Below, piece by piece: positions 37,155 to 50,740 of a stretch of 64,000 bases of DNA (its first letter is position 1; each line of letters opens with the position of its first letter). Source of the stretch: Eledone cirrhosa (taxonomy: Eukaryota); the NCBI GenBank assembly GCA_964016885.1, contig OZ024747.1, positions 59,768,001-59,832,000 on the forward strand. The letters run 5' to 3'. The notes beneath the pieces are model-generated. The model saw only the letters and a list, made by a program, of their open reading frames with translations, searched no databases and had not been told where the DNA came from. The translations under genes and the position numbers were made by a program.

Positions 37155-37772
37155 TGTATATGTATGTGTGTATGTGTGTGTATATGTATGTGTGTATATA
37201 TATGTATATGTGTGTATGTATTTGTGTATATGTGTATGTATATGAGTATATATGTGTATATATATATATATATACACACACATACTGACTTCCTACTCCT
37301 ACCATTTCCCACCTCCACCTCATGTCTATCACTGTCCTCCTACTTCTACCATTACCACCAATGTCCACCTCACACCCTGTCTGTCTTCTTGCTATCACCA
37401 TATCTCCAACATATATCAAGTCTTATATTATATAGTTTCTCATCTCCACCAACATCTCCACCATTTTCCAACAATCATGTCTGTCACCAAACCAAAAATT
37501 TATAAAACATTGGCACCTTCTCACCACCCACACAACTGTAGATCTGTAGATCGACTTCAAATTTCACTGAGATTCTGCTGACTAAACTCGCTTGAATATA
37601 AATTTGAAATGAATTAGAATTTCAAACATCAAAGAATCTTATCTGTAATAATGGAAAAGCAGTGCAACAGATATTGGAAATTTATTGTTTCTGGCACTTC
37701 ACAGATGAATATTGAGCAGTTTGTTATAGTTAAACTGTAAATGTAAGATTCTACAGTACCATCGTTGTGTAA

Positions 37773-38306
37773 TACATACATACATACATACATACGTACG
37801 TACGTACATACATACGTACGTACGTACATACATACATACATACATACATACATACATACGTATGTACATACATACATACATACGTACGTACATACATACA
37901 TACATACATACATACATACATAGATACATAGATACATAGATACATACACACATACACACATACACACATACACACACACACATACACACATAGATACACA
38001 CATACATACATACAGACACACACACAGACACACACACACACAGACACACACACACACAGACACACCCATAGACACATACACACACATACACACACATACA
38101 CACATACACACACACACATACATACACACATACATACATACACACATAGATACATACATACATACACACATAGATACATACATATACACATAGATACATA
38201 TATACATATATATATATATATCATCATAATCATACATTTATACAAAGATATATATATATCATCATCATCTTATATATATATATATCGTATATATTTATAT
38301 ATGTAT

Positions 38307-38361
<55 letters not shown>

Positions 38362-38380
38362 CACACACACACACACATTC
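37773..38380. repeat. Compound (TACA)n/(CA)n/(TA)n microsatellite
   Basis: Direct inspection. Confidence 0.9.
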
Positions 38381-38749
38381 TTACATCTAGGTACATATAC
38401 ATACGCATTCTTTATCTCACTTTCACAAACGAATATGTATATTACTTGACAGACTGGTTCAAATGCAAGCACACACACACACATAGTGACAGCTACACAT
38501 ATACACATTTACTTATCATCATCATCATCATTTGATGTCCATTCTCCCTGTTATATATTTCTATATGGGTAAACATTTCTATATGTTAAATGATGATGAT
38601 AATATACATATGTGTATGTGTAGGTATGTGTGTGTGTTTTTGTGTGTTTGCATATGTACCAGTCTGTCAAGTAATATACATATTCGTTTGTGAAATAGAG
38701 ATAGAGAATGTGTATGTATCTGTACCTATGATGTAAGGATATATGTGTA

Positions 38750-38807
<58 letters not shown>

Positions 38808-38837
38808 TATATATATATGAATGATAATGATGACATA

Positions 38838-39368
38838 TCATCATCATCATCGTTTAACGTCCGTGTTCCACGCTTGCATGGGTTTGGACGGGGGTAGTCC
38901 CACTTGAGGCAAGAGTGGTTATCTTGCTCGCATAGGACTGTCTGGCGGGTTTTCTACAGTTGGATGCCCTTCCTAACACCAACCACATTTACAGTGTGGG
39001 GCTGGGAGGTTTTTACCGTGTTGCCTACACGGCCACATTACAGCGTGGACTGTGTGTTTTCTTGTCGTGACACCTACACGATCTCATTTGTTTGGACTGG
39101 ATGTTATGGTACCAACATAACTTTACATTGAAAGGGGCGGTGTGGATGGGGTGGGGGTGGTGGGACGGGGGTGTATTTTGTTAGAGATGCCTACTGACTG
39201 TAGTAGGTTTTACTTTGTATTTAGGTAAGGCGGGTCTTCTCTATTACTGAGTACCGCCAAAGGTCTCGGTCCAGTGACATTGTCTTGGTGAGGTGTAAGT
39301 GTGTGAGGTCGGAATTTATCAGCTCGTCCCAGGTTTTTCTGGGTCTGCCTATTCCGTGGCTACCGTCT
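38838..39368 (-). mobile_element. RTE 3' fragment, same subfamily as 32881-35655
   Basis: Near-identical 3'UTR and C-terminus GRPRKTWDELINSDLT...EKTRLT. Confidence 0.9.
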
Positions 39369-39420
39369 ATATATATATATATATATATATATATCATCAT
39401 CAAAGGGTACTGACCAAAGT

Positions 39421-40519
39421 AAGGGTCCTGATATATATATATATATCAGAAGTAAGAGTTCTGATGTTTATTTAAATATATATTAAGCATACATGAAATT
39501 ACAAGTTATCCTTTCAAAATACGAACCTTGGGAAGTCATTTTCTGTGAGTGTCCTTAGCTCATTGGTTAATTTTTTGTATATTTTCCACAGTCCCAAATT
39601 GGTGACCCTTCAGTTTCAATTTCAACTTAGAAAGAAGGTGAAATAGCATTAAGCTAGATCAAGGCTGTAGGGAGAATGTGGAAGCGTGGGAACATTTTTC
39701 TTCACCAGAAACTGTAATTGAAAGCGTTGTGTGAGCTGGTGAATTATTGTAGTACAGTCATCAATCTCCTGCAATGTTCTTTCAGACTCATTGGACCCAT
39801 TTTCAAAGTCTTTCCAAGACATCTTTGTAGAAGGTATGATTAACTGTCTGTCCTGGAGGTAAAACCTTTTTGTGAACAATACCATGGCTGTCAAAAAAAT
39901 GATAATCATTGTTTTCACCCTGGGTCTGCTGATTGCGGACTTTCTTCAGACAAGGAGACATTTTCATGTGTCACTTCTCAGTTTACTGTTTTGTCTCTTG
40001 ATCATACTCAAACACCCATGATTCATCTCCTGTTATGACTTTATCCAAGAAATTTGGCTCAATTTTTAATCTTTTTAGCAAATCCTGATAAATTTCCAAC
40101 CAGTTAGCTTTTTCCTTCACAGACAAGTATTTGGGCACTAATATTGCAGAAATTGTTTGCATGTGCAAAGGGTCTGTTAACATTCTGCAAAAATGTTGAG
40201 CCACTTAAAACCTTACTTCTCAATAGAGTGGTATCTTTCTAAGCTTATGTTCCAGAATTAAATGTTTCGGTAGCGGATTTATTTAGTTTCACTCAAAATT
40301 TGATTGCGTACCACTGTTCGATATTTTCCTGCATTGCAAACATAACAGAGGTTATAAACACGTCTGTACATAAACAACAATAACTGACCACTGACTCAAT
40401 CAATCATGATGAAATAAGTATTTGCAGCCAAGTTCATAACCAGCATGCCTCTATACATTGTGTTGCGTTACTATGTCATATATAGGAAAATCAATACTCT
40501 TATTATTGGGACAAACCTC

Positions 40520-40520
<1 letters not shown>
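39421..40520 (-). mobile_element. Decayed mariner (DD34D-type) transposon
   Basis: DKVITGDESWVFEYDQETKQ and LPHSPYSLDLA motifs; degenerate TIRs (left one split by a TA run). Confidence 0.8.
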
Positions 40521-40574
<54 letters not shown>

Positions 40575-40711
40575 TCGTGTTAGGAAGGGCATCCAGCTGT
40601 AGAAACCAATCCAAAACCACATGGTCCCTGACCTGGATCTCTCACAAGGGGACAGCATTTTCTACCCATGCTAGCATGGAAAATAGATATTAAATTATGA
40701 TGATGGTGATG

Positions 40712-40757
<46 letters not shown>

Positions 40758-41089
40758 TTGTATGCACTCCTTGTTTTTCAATCTTTGAATCCACTAGGAT
40801 TTAAACATCAGCTATTTGCTAAATTTTAGTAAAATTTTGCAAATTTTGACCATTCTACTTAATATTGGAAAAATCTTAATAAAAATTGGATTTGTGTAAT
40901 TGATTAGTTTATTTTAGCTTTGACCGAATTAAAGGTAAATCTGAAACACCAGGTAGGGTATTTTAGGGGTTTCCACGATGTTCTCAAAACTTACACATTA
41001 CAAGTTGAAATAGTTTAAACCTCTAATTGATGTAACATCACATTCACCTTGTCTCTTGTGGACAATCTTATTAACACTTGTATACACAC

Positions 41090-41129
<40 letters not shown>

Positions 41130-41296
41130 CTTTACACATACACACATGTAGACACATACACACACATGTAGACATATACACACATGTATACCTATGCATA
41201 CAGTGGCATAAATGCATACATACTCTCAAACACACTCTCACACACATTTGCATACATATACACACTCTCTCACACATAAATATACATACATGCATA

Positions 41297-43655
41297 CTCT
41301 ACCAAAAAGTTCTTAAGGGAGATACATTTATACCAGAATGGTTGACATTAGCACAAACAATACTGGTCCCCAAGAACAAAGACACCCACTTAGCAAAAAA
41401 CTACTGACCCATTGCATACCAGAACCTGATGTATAAGATGTATCAGCCTGCCTGAACCTATTCCTCCAAGATCACTGTGAAAATAATAACATCATCACAG
41501 ATGAACAAGCAGCTGGAAAGAAAGGGGTTTGGGGATGAGCTGAACAACTCCTAATCAACAAAACTGCGATGTCGGAGGTACAACAACTTAGTAGGAATAT
41601 GGCTACTGTCTGGCAGGACTACAGGAAAGCTTTCGATTCTGTTCCCCACTGTTGGATTATAGAACCCTCCAACTTGCTAAAGTCCCAGACATTATTATCA
41701 GAGCCATAGAGAAGCTGTCTTCTTCTTGGTCTACTATCTTAAAGTTAAAGACAGAGAAGGAGGTAAAACAGAACACTGGGCAACTCTTGCTACAGAGGAC
41801 TCTATTTTCACTGATAAAATAAGATATCGCAGGGGTATATTTCAGGGAGACAGTCTCTCTGTGATATTATTCATCCTGTCATTAAACCGCTTCACCTTTC
41901 TGCTCAAGAAATGTGAAGGATACATCATTGGCTCACAGGAGGACAGAAATATGAACCTAACCCATGATTTAATTGATGATCTGAAACTCTAAGCCAAGAA
42001 CATTGATGGGATGACGAAAAATCTTGACCTGGTTACAATGTTCTCAAAGGATATAGGAATGGAGTTTGGCCAAGAAAAATGCTCATATATGACTGTAAAG
42101 TGGGGAAAAACAACAACCGAATCTAGCAACATTGTCATCAATGGCCTAACTGTTTCACCGATATCTGATGAGGACTGCTACTGATACCTGGGGATAGATG
42201 AGTAGATATCCTATCATGGTATTTGTAATAAAGAACGCGTAACCAGGGAATACTATACCCGATTAAGAAAGATCTGGTCATTGGAACTCTCTGTGAAAAC
42301 AAAACAGTGGCTCACAATGTGTTTGCTGTGCCTGTCCTAACACCAACGTTTGGAATACTCAATTGGACGATAGACGAAATCCGAGCAGTTGATGTTGGAA
42401 CTCGAAAACTTCCACACCAACAGTGACATAGACCACCTTTACTTGAAACGTAAGCAGGGAGGCAGCGACCTAACATCAGTCCAGACAGCATTTGAATGTC
42501 GCATCATTTCCTTCCGACAACATCTAAGAACCTTGAAGCGTAGTAGCACGTCTCTCGAGCAAGTCTATCTGCATGAAACAGATAAGATCATGAGAGTTGG
42601 GAAGGAACTCTTCAAGAGATATTCCCCGTGCGATAAGGAAAAACTCACACTCAGGGAAGTCGCTCAGCAGTATCGCAGTGAATCCATGGATGAAAAACTG
42701 CATGCTTATCAGCAAAAAATAATGCATGAATATGTTGCCAGGAAGCTCCAGAATGAGAGTAATATAGATAAGGAAAGTAGTTTATCTTGGACCAACAACC
42801 GCTATATTGGCTCCCACTTTGAAGGATACACTTTTGCAATCCAAGAACAGGAAATTAACATGAAATACCTGATTCACAAAAGAGATAGGGATGCAGCCAA
42901 AACACCTAGATGTGATAACAAGTGCAGACTCTGCAGAATCAACATCGAAGATGTCACCCATGTCATCGCGGTACTATCTACCTATGAGGCATGATGTAGT
43001 GGCCAAGACACTGTACGATGCAATTTGTAGAAAAGATAGCCGCGATAATAAACACATTAAATGCTACAGCAAGAGTACTGGTGGAATGTTCCAGTAAAAA
43101 CCCCAATAAAATGCAGGCATAACAGACCAGATATTATGATATGGGACATGGAAAAGAAAGCATACACAGTAGTGGAAGTTAGCTGCCCAGCAGATGCCAA
43201 TATAATATCAAAGATTAGCGAAAAGGAGAATATTTATGCAGAACTGATGAGAAATCTGCAGATACTCCACCCTGATTACACCTTCAGATTTATGCCTGTA
43301 ATTATTGGGGCACTGGGGTATGTTAGGAACTGCCTCAATACAAATCTTGAGAAGCTAGGCTTCACAGGATCAGAAAGTACACAACTAGTTAGGAAATTAC
43401 AAGTACAATCCATTAACGCAACAGTAAAAATATGTAAAACATTCCAAAAATGTTGCATCTAATAACTGCATAAACACATGTACTACACATGCACACATAC
43501 AACTCAAAACATACACATCCACACATACAATAACATCCATATCTACACATGCATGCATGCAGACATATCTACCTAGTTGATGTTGTGTAAATTCCAATGA
43601 GAGAGTCTTGTAACTATGTTAGAAACCGACTTTATTGGTAAAAATAATTTGTGAA
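41297..43655 (+). mobile_element. 5'-truncated, frameshifted R4/Dong-like non-LTR retrotransposon (RT, zinc-knuckle region, restriction-like endonuclease)
   Basis: TILVPK..NY*PI, DYRKAFDSVPH, RGIFQGDSLS, IDDLKL, LYLKRKQGG, AIQEQEI, CRLC...EDVTH, RHDVVA, HNRPDI, VVEVSCP, PVIIGALG; stop at 43462; 5' end abuts a CA/TACA microsatellite. Confidence 0.85.
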
Positions 43656-44161
43656 AGATGCGTATGAAGGATGACAGCTGCATAAAAAGGTGCAGAGCAC
43701 TAGAAGTCGATGGAAACCGCAGAGTGGGGAGACCCAAGAAGACCTGGGATGAGGTGATAAAAGCTGACCTTACCCAATTGCACCTCTCAAATGCAATGAC
43801 ACAGGACCGTGACCTCTGGCGTCACGCAGTAATACAGAGTACCCGACCTCCCACGGGTACAAGCCAAAGCTGAAGCATATAGACAATATGCCCCCACACC
43901 CTCCCACTGCAAAGTGGTCGTGGAGGTGTCACAGCAAAAAAGCACCCAGCCCACACTGTAAAGTGGACGTGTAGGCGCCACGGAAAAAAAGCACCCAGCA
44001 CTCACTGTAAATGAGGTTGGTGTTAGGAAGGGCATCCAGCCGTAGAAAACCCGCCAGACAGTCCTATGCGAGCAAGACAACCACTCTTGCCTCAAGTGGG
44101 AAAACTCCCGTCCAAACCCATGCAAGCGTGGAAGATGGACGTTAAACGATGATGATGATGA
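43656..44161 (+). mobile_element. RTE 3' fragment (third subfamily) with 2-3 copies of the 48-bp module in its 3'UTR
   Basis: MRMKDDSCIKRC...GRPKKTWDEVIKADL; 3'UTR aaaagcacccagcccacactgtaaagtgg repeats; (GAT)n tail. Confidence 0.9.
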
Positions 44162-44669
44162 TATTCAAAACCACTCATCCATACCCCCTCCCCACACACA
44201 CACACCTCTCCCACAAAATACATACATCAATATTTGATTCTTTTTATTGTTATTTTAAAGCTCAACAGTTGCTATTAGTTGTTTCTTATAAGACAGGTGT
44301 CTTTTTTTTTTTCGTCAACTTCAAAGACTTTCACATCTTTTTTCCTTTACCGCTTTTCTAGTTTTCATTTCTCTTTGTCTTTTTATAATACATCTTCTGC
44401 TGATTTTTTTATGTCAAGTCTTTTGCATTTTTCTTTCATTCAATTGGTCATTCCAGTACATTTCAAGACATTATTGATTTTATTCAACAAGAATATTTTT
44501 GTCCTATATAAAATTACAAATACATGTAAAAAAAAAAACTTATGAAATAATACTAAAAGAAAGTCTTCATACCCTCCACACCGAAATCAATGATCATTTC
44601 TGTCTTTTGTGAAAATCATTTCCAAAATACACATACATACACATACACTCTTTCCACATGCTTTCCCTG

Positions 44670-45039
44670 TTCTCTCCACACTCTCTCTCTCTCCACACTC
44701 TCTCTCTCCACACTCTCTCTCTCCACACTCTCTCTCTCCACACTCTCTCTCTCCACACTCTCTCTCTCCACACTCTCTCTCCACTCTCTCTCTCCACACT
44801 CTCTCTCCACACTCTCTCTCACACTCTCTCTCCACACTCTCTTTCCACTCTCTCTCTCCACTCTCTCTCTCCACTCTCTCTCTTTCCTCACTCTCTCTCC
44901 ACTTTCTCTCTTTCCTCACACTCTTTCCACTCTCTCTCTCTCTCTCTACTTTCTCTCTCTCTCCACTTTCTCTCTCTTCATACTCTCTTTCTCTCTTTCC
45001 ACTCTCTCTCTAACTCCACTCTCTCTTTCTCTCTCCACC

Positions 45040-45074
<35 letters not shown>

Positions 45075-45385
45075 ACTAACTCCACTCTCTCTCTCCACTC
45101 TCTCTCCACTCTCTCTCCACTCTCTCTCCACTCTCTCTCTCTCTCTCTCTGCACTCTCTCTCTCCACTCTCTCTCCACTCTCTCTCTCTCTCCCTCTCCA
45201 CTCTCTCTCTCCACTCTCCCTCTCTCCACTCTCCCTCTCTCCACTCTCCCACTCTCCACTCTCCCACTCTCCACTCTCTCACCCTCTCCACACACACACT
45301 CTCTCTGTTCGTTCTCCACTCTCTCTCTTTCCACTCTCTCTTGTTCCACTCCCTATTTCCATTCTCTCTCTTTCCACCATCTCTC
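44670..45385. repeat. Polypyrimidine (CT)n/CTCCACA low-complexity tract
   Basis: Direct inspection; about 700 bp almost free of G on the + strand. Confidence 0.95.
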
Positions 45386-47859
45386 CCTGCACTGCCCCCC
45401 TCCCCACCAACCTGTTGTTCAAATGATTTTGTCACTGTCTCTGTGTCTTTATGGTAATTTATATCAATAATGATTCCATTTTATGATTTCATGCTGGAAT
45501 ATTCCTCTTATCACCTAAAGTGGTATGGCGGCACCAAACTATTTTGATTGTGCAGGCATTATTTCCTGAAATAATTTGTACTCCTGTTAAAAAGAAAAGA
45601 GAAAGAAAAGTAAAAAAAAAAAAAATAGAAAAAATTATAAAGCAGAAAAAAAAAAAACGAAATAAAACAGATTTTTAGTTTCTTCAAGAAATATCAAAAG
45701 CATTGTTTCTTCAAATTCCATTTTGGCTTTCGTCCCCATCACCTTCCCTTGCCCTCGTCACCACCCAGTGAATTTTCTTGAAGTATTAATAAATTTCGGA
45801 TTTAATGAGAATAACTGTTGATATAAAAACCCTCAAATAATAATGTTACAAAGTGTGTGTTTAAGTGTGTCTGTATGTGTGTGTGCATGCATGTTTAAAT
45901 GTCTGTGTATCTTTAAGTGTGTGTGTGTTTCGTAGTTTGTTTGTACTTGTATTAAGTTGAACTTTGTTAAAAAAAAAACTTTTCTAAGAACTAGTGGTGC
46001 TTTACAACATTCTATCAGAAATGGTGGCTAACATGTCTGCTTCTCTTGGATTTTATAACTTAATTAATAAATCATTCAAACATTTTTAGAACTTCATTCT
46101 TTTCAATAAAGATTTCTTTTGATTCAGCTTAAGACCAATTTTGTAAGTGACAGTTATTTTACAGTTTACTATGTAGTATATTAGTAGCATTTATTTTATT
46201 GTCTCAGAAGAGAAAAAATCAAAGTTAATTTTCTCAGGATAAAAGAGGAACACAACCATTTTGACCATTTCTATAAAGTTCATTCTCTCTATTTTTTGTC
46301 TAATAGTAAATAAACTTCTTCATTACCATATTTTTAATGACATGCTTCCATTTTGTTTCAAATAATTTTGAAAATAATCAAGAATTCGGAAAGATTAAGT
46401 AAACTAACTTTGACATTATTAATTTGGTGCTTGGAATGATCAAAACATTTTTTTTTATTACAGTTGTATAAATTTACAGTAGAATAACGTTGCAAATATG
46501 TTTTAAATATATAAATAAATAACTTAACAAATGCATAAATAACACCAAAAATTGCTCGCAATTCGTTCAGAACGACAAATATGTCTAAACCATGTAATAG
46601 CACAATAATATAAATTCATGAACAAAAATAATAAAGGAAGAAAAAAACTTTCTATCCTCCTCTGGAAGAAATCTCCTGTTTTTATTAGAAATACAGTAAT
46701 GAAAGGTTGTCGCAAGAAAACATCATGCCATTAATATCTTCTAGTTTTGAAGATACCCTGAAAGTTATTAGATATTAAACTATCTTTCATTATCTTCTGA
46801 ACCAGCATGTCCAACATTTTCAAATCCACTACTCACTGAATAAGATGCTAAAAGGGTTATGGCACTCTATCAGCTTTTTAAAAGTTTTATTATAAATAAA
46901 TGAAAACAAGTATTAAAATTGTTTAAAAATTTGCACTTTGCCACAAATGAATAGATATGCACTAGCATGGTGTATTTAAATAAAATCAAATTTTCTAAAT
47001 ATCCTAGTATTTTATTGATCCACCTAAGAAATAGTCACAGTACAAGAGTCTGCTGTAGTACAGCTATTGAAAACATCTCAAATTTGATGAAAATTTACTA
47101 CAAACCTAAGATATTGATATTGTTGGTGATCATCTGTTGTTTAATAGGTGAATGCAGTAACACCAGAGATATATGTGATATTAAACTGAACATTGGTATC
47201 AAACAGCAACAATAATAGCTAAAAACATTGAACTAATATAATTAAAATAACTCATATTTTCAATATTTCGATAGCATATTCCAAAGATTCTTGTGAAACT
47301 TTGTTCTCTATCTGTTTCATTTTGTTTGTGTATTGATGAAGATTGTCTTCATTGGCGCTAGCTCTAATGATCTTTATTTGACAGTGTAGTTTAGATTACT
47401 CAAAATAGAGGAAGATTTCATTTGAGGCCCAAAACACAACAAATCTGACATCATCATCATCTTCTGCTACTACTTCTGCCATTGCTGTAAACTATTTTTA
47501 TATTTTTGTGATAGGAAAATTAGATTCTATTCAAGATTTTGAATCACAAATTACAGTTATGAAGCAACTTTGAGAAAAATTAACGTCAGTGCACTCTGAA
47601 ACAGCATACTGTTGCACTTTGATAATGACAACAACTCTACTGCCACATTATGGTAGCATGTTTGTTTGCTTGACTTTTACTATTTTTCTTTTTTTATATT
47701 TTCATTGAAGCTAATTTTAATGACATGTATTGTATATATATATATAAAACAGTTCTAGTCCTGTAGAAGCCATTTCTGTTAAATTTGTTGTGTGCACTCT
47801 ACTAATGTATTGAGTACCTTACTTACTTTAGTTGCCCCCGATTGAACCCAGGACTCACA

Positions 47860-47945
47860 TATACTTATATATATATATGTGTGTGTGTGTGTATGTATAT
47901 ATTTATGTATGAATATGTGTGTGTGTATATATATATGTATGAATA

Positions 47946-47985
<40 letters not shown>

Positions 47986-48253
47986 TACATATATTCATAC
48001 ATATATAAGTGAGTATATATATATATGTATGTATATATATATAAATATACATATATTCATATATACGTGTGTATATATATATGTATGTATATATATATAT
48101 ACATACATACACATATATAAGTATATACATCTATATATGTATATACATACATTAAGTATATATATATATACATGCACATATATAAGTATATATATATATA
48201 TATACATGCACATATATAAGTATATATAAGTATATATACATGCACATATATAA

Positions 48254-48322
<69 letters not shown>

Positions 48323-48383
48323 TATATATATATATGTATATTCATATATATATATATATATGTATATTCATATATATATATAT
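47860..48383. repeat. Compound (TA)n microsatellite
   Basis: Direct inspection. Confidence 0.9.
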
Positions 48384-48755
48384 AGAAAGAGATTTTGATC
48401 TCTTCAATTCCATGAAGATATATCATCAATATCTAGTAATATAATTAACTTTCGACTCATTATATCACAATTTCTATCTATCTCTTATAATTATCCAGAA
48501 GATGCTGCTAATAAACTCCAAATGATAAATTACTTTAAAATAAATAAAATACAATAAACAGACAAAACTTAGAAAATATTGCCAAAATAAATATCATAAA
48601 AGTTTGTGTAGCCTTGAAAAAATAAATCAACAATTCAGTCCACTTGAATTTAAATAAAAGTGAAATTAAACTCTGCAGCCTTTCCACAATTTTCTTTGCT
48701 ACTTGACATGAAAAACAAAAATCAATCTATTGAATTTATATCTGTCTACTTAATT

Positions 48756-49770
48756 TGTTGTTGCTGTTGTTTTTGTTGGTGTCGTTGGTGTTGTTGTTGT
48801 TGGTGTTGTTGGTGTTGTTTTTGTTGGTGTTGTTGGTGTTGTTGGTGTTGTTGGTGTTAGTGTTGGTGTTGTTGGTGTTGTTTTTGTTGGTGTTGTTGTT
48901 GTTGGTATTGTTTTTGTTGTTGGTGTTGTTGTTGTTGTTGTTGTTGGTGTTGTTGTTGTCTTTCTGTTTTAGTGTTAATTAGATAAAACAAAAATAACAA
49001 GCATAACATGATTGCTACATACACAGGCTCACATACACACACACACACACACACACACAGGTTCACAGACACACACATACAGGCTCATACACAGGCTCAC
49101 ATACATACACACACACACACACACAGGTTCACACACACACACACACATACTTGCAAACATACACAGGCTCACATACATGCAAACATACACACACACAGGC
49201 TCATACACAGGCTCACATACACACAAACACACACATGCACATAGGTTCACACACACACACACATATAGGCTGAGACACACACACTCACATACAGACTCAC
49301 ATTCACACAAACATACACACAGGTTCAGACACACACACACACACACACAGAGGCTCACATACACACAAACATGCATGCAAACAGACAGGCTTACACATTC
49401 ACACATACACATGTGCACATGCACACATTTGCACAAATGAACATGTGCGCATACACACAGGCTCACACAATCACACACGCGCAAACATGCACACATACAC
49501 AGATGCTCACACACAGATACACATGCGCACTCACATATGCACTTACATGCACACTCACACAAACATACATGCACACACACAAACATACATTCACATACAT
49601 ACAAAATACATTCATACACACACACACACACACACACTCACACAAACATACATGAACACACACACATTCACATACATACAAAATACATTCATACACACAC
49701 ACACACCCACACACACACACATATACACACCCCCCCCCCCCCCACACACACACACACATATATATACACC
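48756..49770. repeat. (GTT/GGT)n tract followed by an imperfect (CA)n tract
   Basis: Direct inspection. Confidence 0.9.
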
Positions 49771-49916
49771 CTATATTATCTTTTTTCCAATATATGAATG
49801 CATTACCACGTCAGTGGAGTCAACAGTATCCTAATAAAGTTATTGTTATCAAACTTTGGAACATTTCTAAAGATCTTCTCTGTTTCCTTTTCTCCTTTAA
49901 ACTCTGCCATCACCAG

Positions 49917-50041
49917 GAAATCTTGGTCGTGTGGATTACATAACAGACTATGAATATGATTTGTTTATTCGACCTGACACCTGCAACCCTCGCTTTCGAG
50001 TATGGTTCAATTTCACAGTTGAGAATGTGTGTGTTGATCAG
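49917..50041 (+). CDS. AGBL4: AGBL4/CCP6 next coding exon, 125 nt, phase 1-0
   Basis: Pyrimidine tract + caccag|...CAG|gtaatt; encodes (G)NLGRVDYITDYEYDLFIRPDTCNPRFRVWFNFTVENVCVDQ in frame with the upstream exon, completing FESGNL; missed by the ORF track. Confidence 0.96.
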
Positions 50042-50204
50042 GTAATTATTACTATAAATATTTCTTGTTCAATAACATATATATATATATCATATGTTGT
50101 TATATAACTGTTCAATACTAAACTTTATATTATTGGTTGATTTGTTGTAGGTTTCCTGAATTTCCTACATTTAACTCTTTCATTACCTTATTTCTAATGA
50201 AATA

Positions 50205-50740
50205 CATCATCATCATTGTTTGACGTCCATTTTCCACGCTGCCATGGGTTAGACGGGTTGTCCCATTAGAGGCAAGTTGGGTCAGGTGACCGTGTCTTAC
50301 TCATATAAAACTGTTTCTGGCTAGGTTTCGTTGGCTGGATGCACTTCCTAACACCAACCACATTTACAGTGTGTGCTGGGTGCATTTTGTAGTGACTCCT
50401 ACATAACCACATTTACAGAGTGGGCTAGGTGCTTTTTGTCATGACACCCACATGACTACTTTACAGTTTGTACTGGGTGCTTTTTGTCGTGACACCTACA
50501 TGACCACTTTACAGTGTGGGCTGGGTGCCTTTTGTGAGACCTACACAACAATCTTTACAGTCTGGGATGGGTGCCTTTTGTTGTGACACCTACATGACCA
50601 CTTTACAGTGTGTGCTAGGAGCTTTTTGTTGACACCTACACAACAATTTTTACAGTGTGGGATGGGTGCCTTTGTTGTGACACCTACACATTCACTTTAC
50701 AGTGTGGGCTGGGTGTTTTTTGTTGTGACTCCTACACTGC
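50205..50740 (-). mobile_element. RTE 3'UTR fragment with about 8 diverged 48-bp modules
   Basis: (CAT)n plus RTE terminus, then repeats of ccactttacagtgtgggctgggtgctttttgtcgtgacacctaca. Confidence 0.85.
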
